Origin: an uncultured Pseudomonadales bacterium | Lineage (GTDB): Bacteria; Pseudomonadota; Gammaproteobacteria; Pseudomonadales; UBA7434 | DNA length: 64,000 nucleotides | Assembly: GCA_905478995.1 (NCBI GenBank) | Contig: CAJQKT010000038.1 | Coordinates: 5,935 to 69,934 of the forward strand | Direction: 5' to 3' | Part shown: piece after piece, positions 59,413-64,000 of the stretch | Numbering within the stretch: position 1 is the first letter of the stretch | How the letters are laid out: every line of letters begins with the position of its first letter | Translations under genes and position numbers: made by a program | Notes under the pieces: model-generated | What the model was told of the DNA's origin: nothing | The model's database searches: none | What the model saw: only the letters and a program-made list of their open reading frames with translations

Positions 59413-61143
59413 ATGCGTACCAGTAAGATGCTGCTCTCCACGCTCAAAGAAGTCCCTGCCGACGCTGAAGTTGTCAGCCATCAACTCATGCTGCGCGCTG
59501 GGATGATTAGAAAGCTAGCCTCTGGCCTGTATACATGGCTACCCATGGGGCTGAGAGTACTGCGTAAAATTGAGGCTATCGTACGTGAAGAAATGAATCG
59601 TAGCGGAGCACAAGAAGTTCTAATGCCCGTGGTTCAGCCCGCCGAACTATGGGAAGAATCGGGGCGCTGGAACCAATACGGCGCCGAGTTGCTTCGTATC
59701 AATGATCGGCACCAGCGAGCATTTTGTTTAGGCCCCACCCATGAAGAAGTCGTCACTGATCTCGTGCGTAATGAAGTTCAAAGTTATAAGCAACTTCCAT
59801 TGAACCTCTATCAAATACAAACCAAATTTCGCGATGAAATAAGACCTCGATTCGGCGTGATGCGGGCGCGCGAATTCACTATGAAAGATGCTTATTCATT
59901 TCATGCCAGTCAAGCTTGCCTGGAACAAAGCTATACCTCAATGTACGACGCCTACAGCACTATCTTTTCTAGGATTGGCTTAAACTTTCGCGCAGTACTC
60001 GCCGATACTGGCTCTATTGGTGGCAGCGCCAGCCATGAGTTTCATGTGCTAGCGGACTCAGGCGAAGATGATATTGCGTTTAGTGACAGCAGCAATTACG
60101 CAGCAAACGTCGAGCTGGCTGAGGCGCTGGCTCCTCCGGTTCAAGCTGCCGACAAGCCCGAGACGCTGAAAACACTGAATAAAGTGGCTACTCCGAATGC
60201 AAAAACTATTACAGAAATTGCCGCTCAACTTAAAATAGAACCATCAGATACGCTAAAAACACTCATTGTCAAAGCCGATCCTGCGACCTGTGAGTCGCCA
60301 TTTGTTGGTCTGGTTGTGCGCGGAGACCACCAACTCAATGCGGTTAAAGCAGAAAAACTCGACTGGGTATTAGCGCCTTTGGAGATGGCCGGCGAGCAAG
60401 ATATAGAACAACAGCTGCATTGCACGGCAGGTTCTATTGGCCCGGTGGAATTAGGCATGCCCATTATTGCCGACCGAACGGCAGCGGTTCAAACTAACTT
60501 TGTTTGCGGTGCCAACAAAGAGGGCTGGCACTTAACGGGCGTTAATTGGCAGCGCGACACAAGCCCCGATCAAATTGCTGATATTCGCTCGGTAATAGCA
60601 GGCGATGCCAGCCCCGATGGACAAGGCACGCTGGCGATTAAACGCGGCATTGAAGTGGGCCATATTTTTCAGCTAGGCGATAAGTACAGCGAGGCCATGC
60701 AGGCAACCGTATTGAATGAGCAAGGCAAAACGCAAACCCTCTTAATGGGCTGCTATGGCATTGGCGTATCGCGCGTAATGGCCGCCACCATTGAGCAAAA
60801 TCATGACGATAGAGGAATTATCTGGCCCGCCTCTATCGCTCCGTTTGCCTTGGTGCTGATCCCGGTCAACATGCAAAAGTCAGAGCTCGTAAAACAGGTT
60901 ACCGAACAACTGTACGACGACCTCCTAAAAGCCGGAATCGATGTCTTACTCGACGACCGCAAAGACAGACCCGGCGTAAAATTTGCCGATATGGAATTAA
61001 TTGGTATTCCGCATCGGATTGTCGTGGGTGAAAAAAGCTTACAGCGAGGCATCTTAGAATACCGTGCTCGCAACCAACCCGAGGCGGCCGAAATACCACT
61101 TGATAATGCGCTAAAAGACATCCTTCAACTTGTTGCGCAATAA
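59413..61143 (+). CDS. proS: Proline--tRNA ligase (bacterial type with INS editing domain)
   Basis: It has the [14 protein letters not shown]-terminus (E. coli MRTSQYLLSTLKE), class II motifs ([22 protein letters not shown]; GCYGIGVSR) and a C-terminal anticodon-binding domain. The track start at 59395 is TTG. Confidence 0.97.
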   Translation: MRTSKMLLSTLKEVPADAEVVSHQLMLRAGMIRKLASGLYTWLPMGLRVLRKIEAIVREEMNRSGAQEVLMPVVQPAELWEESGRWNQYGAELLRINDRHQRAFCLGPTHEEVVTDLVRNEVQSYKQLPLNLYQIQTKFRDEIRPRFGVMRAREFTMKDAYSFHASQACLEQSYTSMYDAYSTIFSRIGLNFRAVLADTGSIGGSASHEFHVLADSGEDDIAFSDSSNYAANVELAEALAPPVQAADKPETLKTLNKVATPNAKTITEIAAQLKIEPSDTLKTLIVKADPATCESPFVGLVVRGDHQLNAVKAEKLDWVLAPLEMAGEQDIEQQLHCTAGSIGPVELGMPIIADRTAAVQTNFVCGANKEGWHLTGVNWQRDTSPDQIADIRSVIAGDASPDGQGTLAIKRGIEVGHIFQLGDKYSEAMQATVLNEQGKTQTLLMGCYGIGVSRVMAATIEQNHDDRGIIWPASIAPFALVLIPVNMQKSELVKQVTEQLYDDLLKAGIDVLLDDRKDRPGVKFADMELIGIPHRIVVGEKSLQRGILEYRARNQPEAAEIPLDNALKDILQLVAQ

Positions 61144-61283
61144 GGCAGGTCCAAGTACAACTCGCCAAAGAGCTATGCCCTACTTGCAAATTGGCCACTG
61201 CGCGCCGCTCAAACTGGGCTAAAATTGTAATGCCAAAGAGCCAGTATTTGCTGGCTCGCAACCATGTAGCTAACATATCTGCC

Positions 61284-61922
61284 ATGTATCATTTCTTCGT
61301 TGCTCTTGCCACATATTTAGCGCTGAGCATGAGCTGCTCAGCTCATGCCAACAATCCCCCCATCAACGACAATCAACCAACCAGTCAAGCAAGCAACCGC
61401 AGCGCACAAATCAACGATATCGAGCTCAAACAATTCTTACAGCACAGCTTGCGCGAGCAACAAATTACTTTAGATAAATACGATGCAGAAGTTTGGCTGG
61501 AAAGCATGCTAAGCCGCATGCAACGATACAAGATTGAACGCGATGAAGCGATGAGCATTCTGAGAGCTGTTTATCAAGAAGCTAAACTCAGTGACATCGA
61601 ACCCGACCTAGTGCTAGCTGTTATTGCTATTGAAAGTTCCTTCGACCGCTTTGCCATCTCGCCGGTAGGCGCACAAGGGCTGATGCAAGTGATGCCTTTC
61701 TGGAAAAAAGAAATTGGCCGCAACAGTGACAACCTCACGGATATAGCGGTAAACATTCGTTATGGCTGCAAAATTTTGCAATTTTACCTGCAAAAATCCA
61801 AGGGCGATTTAAGTGAGGCATTAGCGCGCTACAACGGCAGCCTTGGCCGTACGATTTACTCAGAAAAAGTATTAGTAGCCTGGCAGCGTCGCTGGCAAAG
61901 TGGTCGCCTTTCAATTCACTAA
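61284..61922 (+). CDS. Soluble lytic transglycosylase-domain protein (SLT family)
   Basis: It has a signal peptide (MYHFFVALATYLALSMSCSAHA), the catalytic ES motif (AIESSF), GAQGLMQVMP and RYN.G. Confidence 0.8.
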   Translation: MYHFFVALATYLALSMSCSAHANNPPINDNQPTSQASNRSAQINDIELKQFLQHSLREQQITLDKYDAEVWLESMLSRMQRYKIERDEAMSILRAVYQEAKLSDIEPDLVLAVIAIESSFDRFAISPVGAQGLMQVMPFWKKEIGRNSDNLTDIAVNIRYGCKILQFYLQKSKGDLSEALARYNGSLGRTIYSEKVLVAWQRRWQSGRLSIH

Positions 61923-62017
61923 AACTGCAGCATAAGCTAGAACAAACACTGACGCGGTATACTACCGAATATTAATTTACCAATCGATGGCTTACTCAAT
62001 GCCTAGGCACATCCACC

Positions 62018-63478
62018 ATGCTTTTTTTTGATAATAGTTTTGCACGCCTAGACAGTAATTTTTATACGCACAATGTGACCACGTCACTGCACAGCCCTAG
62101 CTGGATTATAAAAAATCATGCCCTTGCCTCCGATCTAGCAATCAGCCTAAACGATGACCCTGAAAAAAAATTACTGCACGCATTTAGTGGCGGGCAACCA
62201 CTGCCCGGCAGCCAACCACTAGCAATGGTTTATGCGGGGCATCAATTTGGTCAATATGTCTCTCAGCTCGGCGACGGACGCGGCGTACTACTGGGCGAGT
62301 TAAAAACTTCAGCAAGCCAATGGGATCTGCATCTTAAAGGTGCCGGACTCACTCCATACTCAAGAGGCGGTGACGGCCGCGCAGTGCTGCGCTCAAGCCT
62401 GCGCGAATACATTGCCAGTGAGGCGCTCGCTGCGCTTGACGTACCCGGCACTCGGGCACTGTGCGTCACTAGTGGCACTGATACCGTTTGGCGTGAAACA
62501 CTCGAACCTGCAGCCATGCTTGTGCGCGTAGCGAAAAGTCACGTACGCTTTGGTAGCTTCGAATTTTTTCATTACTCGGGCCAACATGAGCGAGTAAAAG
62601 AATTAGCCGATTACTGCATCGAAAAGTATTATCCTGAAATAACCGTTGAAAAACCCTGCCAACGTTATATCAGTTTTTTTAAATCTGTTATCGAGCGCAC
62701 TGCAATCTTAATCGCTAAGTGGCAAGCCGTTGGTTTTGCCCATGGCGTGATGAATACCGACAATATGTCTATTGTGGGCGATACCTTTGATTTTGGCCCT
62801 TATGGTTTCATGGATCGGTACGACGAAGCCTACGTGTGTAATCATTCTGATCACCAAGGGCGCTATGCATTTAATGCCCAGCCTGGCATTGGCTTATGGA
62901 ATCTCAATGCGTTGGGCCACGCGCTATCATCACTGATTGAAACAGCCGACCTGCAGGCGGCACTCGCCGAATATGAACCGAAGTTAATTAATCGTTACAG
63001 CGCGCTCATGCTGAGCAAGTTAGGGCTTGTAGAGCAGCAGCCTGATGACGCGCTGCTCATCAATAGCTTATTAAGCTTAATGCAAGCTAATGATGCCGAC
63101 TATACGCTCACTTTCAGAGGGTTAGCCCATATAGACACCACTATAGACACCAATATTGAAAGAAGCGCCTTGATAGAACACTTTACCGATCAAGCCGGCC
63201 TGCAAGCATGGCTTGGCACCTACCGCACCCGCCTGCAAAATAACAACCTCAGTAAAGCGCAAAGGCAGCAGCACATGAATGGCGTGAACCCACTCTACAT
63301 TGCACGTAACCATCTGGCCCAAGAAGCAATTGAATGCGCAGAAAATGGCGATTACACAGAGTTGCACAACCTCATGCAATTATTGGCCGCGCCCTATACC
63401 GAGCAGCCCAATCAAGAAAAATACGCTGCTGCAGCCCCTGCATGGAGTCATGCGCTACAAATTAGCTGCTCTTCCTAG
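62018..63478 (+). CDS. selO: Protein adenylyltransferase SelO (YdiU/UPF0061)
   Basis: It has Y.GHQFG.....LGDGR...LGE, LKG.G.TPYSR..DGRAVLRSS.REY..SEA, HGVMNTDNMSI.G.T.D.GP..F and the size is about 485 aa. Confidence 0.9.
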   Translation: MLFFDNSFARLDSNFYTHNVTTSLHSPSWIIKNHALASDLAISLNDDPEKKLLHAFSGGQPLPGSQPLAMVYAGHQFGQYVSQLGDGRGVLLGELKTSASQWDLHLKGAGLTPYSRGGDGRAVLRSSLREYIASEALAALDVPGTRALCVTSGTDTVWRETLEPAAMLVRVAKSHVRFGSFEFFHYSGQHERVKELADYCIEKYYPEITVEKPCQRYISFFKSVIERTAILIAKWQAVGFAHGVMNTDNMSIVGDTFDFGPYGFMDRYDEAYVCNHSDHQGRYAFNAQPGIGLWNLNALGHALSSLIETADLQAALAEYEPKLINRYSALMLSKLGLVEQQPDDALLINSLLSLMQANDADYTLTFRGLAHIDTTIDTNIERSALIEHFTDQAGLQAWLGTYRTRLQNNNLSKAQRQQHMNGVNPLYIARNHLAQEAIECAENGDYTELHNLMQLLAAPYTEQPNQEKYAAAAPAWSHALQISCSS

Positions 63479-63621
63479 AATTTCTCCGCCCGCCAACATT
63501 GCCCCACACTCCAAAATTTTTTTAGGCAAAGGAATAAGCTGGACAGAACAACCGCAGCCTTAACGGCAACTTTTTTTACAGCGCGCTTGTGATTTGCTGA
63601 AAGTCAATTTAAGTAAAAAAA

Positions 63622-64000
63622 TCAATGCTCTCGCGTTGATCTAAAGCGAATATCGGGCCAGCGCTCTTGAGTTAGACTCAAATTAACTCGAGTAGGCGCC
63701 AAGTAGCTTAGGTGCCCGCCACCATCTAAGGCTAAATTATCGGCTTGTTTTTTGCGAAAATCGGCCAGCATTTTCTCATCTTCACAATCGACCCAGTGCG
63801 CCGTATAAACATTAATAGGCTCGTATATTGCCTCCACCTTATACTCATCCTTCAGTCGATAAGAAACCACTTCAAACTGCAAGTTACCCACTGCACCTAC
63901 AATTAAATCGTTATTGTTGAGCGGCATAAATACCTGAGTAGAGCCCTCTTCAGCTAGCTGCTTTAAACCTTTCTGAAGCTGTTTTGTTTTTAGCGGATCT
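63622..64000 (-). CDS. prfC: Peptide chain release factor 3, C-terminal part; gene continues past the right window edge
   Basis: It has GAVG.LQFEVV..RL..EY.V.......NV..A.WV.C.D...L..F, typical of the RF3 C-terminus. The frame stays open to position 64000. Confidence 0.85.
   Translation of the reverse strand, partial: DPLKTKQLQKGLKQLAEEGSTQVFMPLNNNDLIVGAVGNLQFEVVSYRLKDEYKVEAIYEPINVYTAHWVDCEDEKMLADFRKKQADNLALDGGGHLSYLAPTRVNLSLTQERWPDIRFRSTREH

Overview
This 64-kb chromosomal window comes from a gammaproteobacterium, and most of it is housekeeping genes. The core gene order resembles Pseudomonas and Cellvibrio relatives.

Core blocks, in order:
- perM' / bepA
- nadA-cobB-pgpA-thiL-nusB-ribH-ribB(X)-ribE-ribD-nrdR-glyA
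- ettA, a PAS-GGDEF-EAL protein, and radA
- dnaB-rplI-(membrane protein)-rpsR-rpsF
- cls, a fatty-acid hydroxylase and an aldehyde dehydrogenase
- tRNA-Lys(UUU)-queC-queE-cpoB-pal-tolBARQ-ybgC-ruvBAC-aspS
- an FmdB zinc-ribbon protein, a tailed HU protein, proS, an SLT transglycosylase, selO and prfC'

Two regions stand out.
1. At 19.1-21.0 kb, between radA and dnaB, there is a two-gene module that looks phage-derived. The first gene encodes an N-terminal wHTH-like region plus three copies of the DnaT C-terminal domain. The second encodes a lambda-P-like protein. The order resembles dnaT-dnaC, and the pair is a candidate non-canonical replicative-helicase loader.
2. At 30.9-45.5 kb, ending about 0.6 kb from the 3' end of tRNA-Lys, there is a beta-glucan (laminarin-type) utilisation locus. 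It holds two multidomain GH16 enzymes, a surface protein rich in thrombospondin-type-3 repeats, and a TonB-dependent receptor operon. That operon carries the recurrent but functionally unexplained cassette of flavin halogenase-like / SapC / JmjC-cupin / flavin halogenase-like genes.

I saw no CRISPR array, IS element, integrase or rRNA. All homology calls come from reading the translated ORFs against remembered family motifs; no searches were run. Several track ORFs start at TTG/GTG codons upstream of the probable ATG, so I trimmed those starts where a conserved N-terminus made the choice clear.
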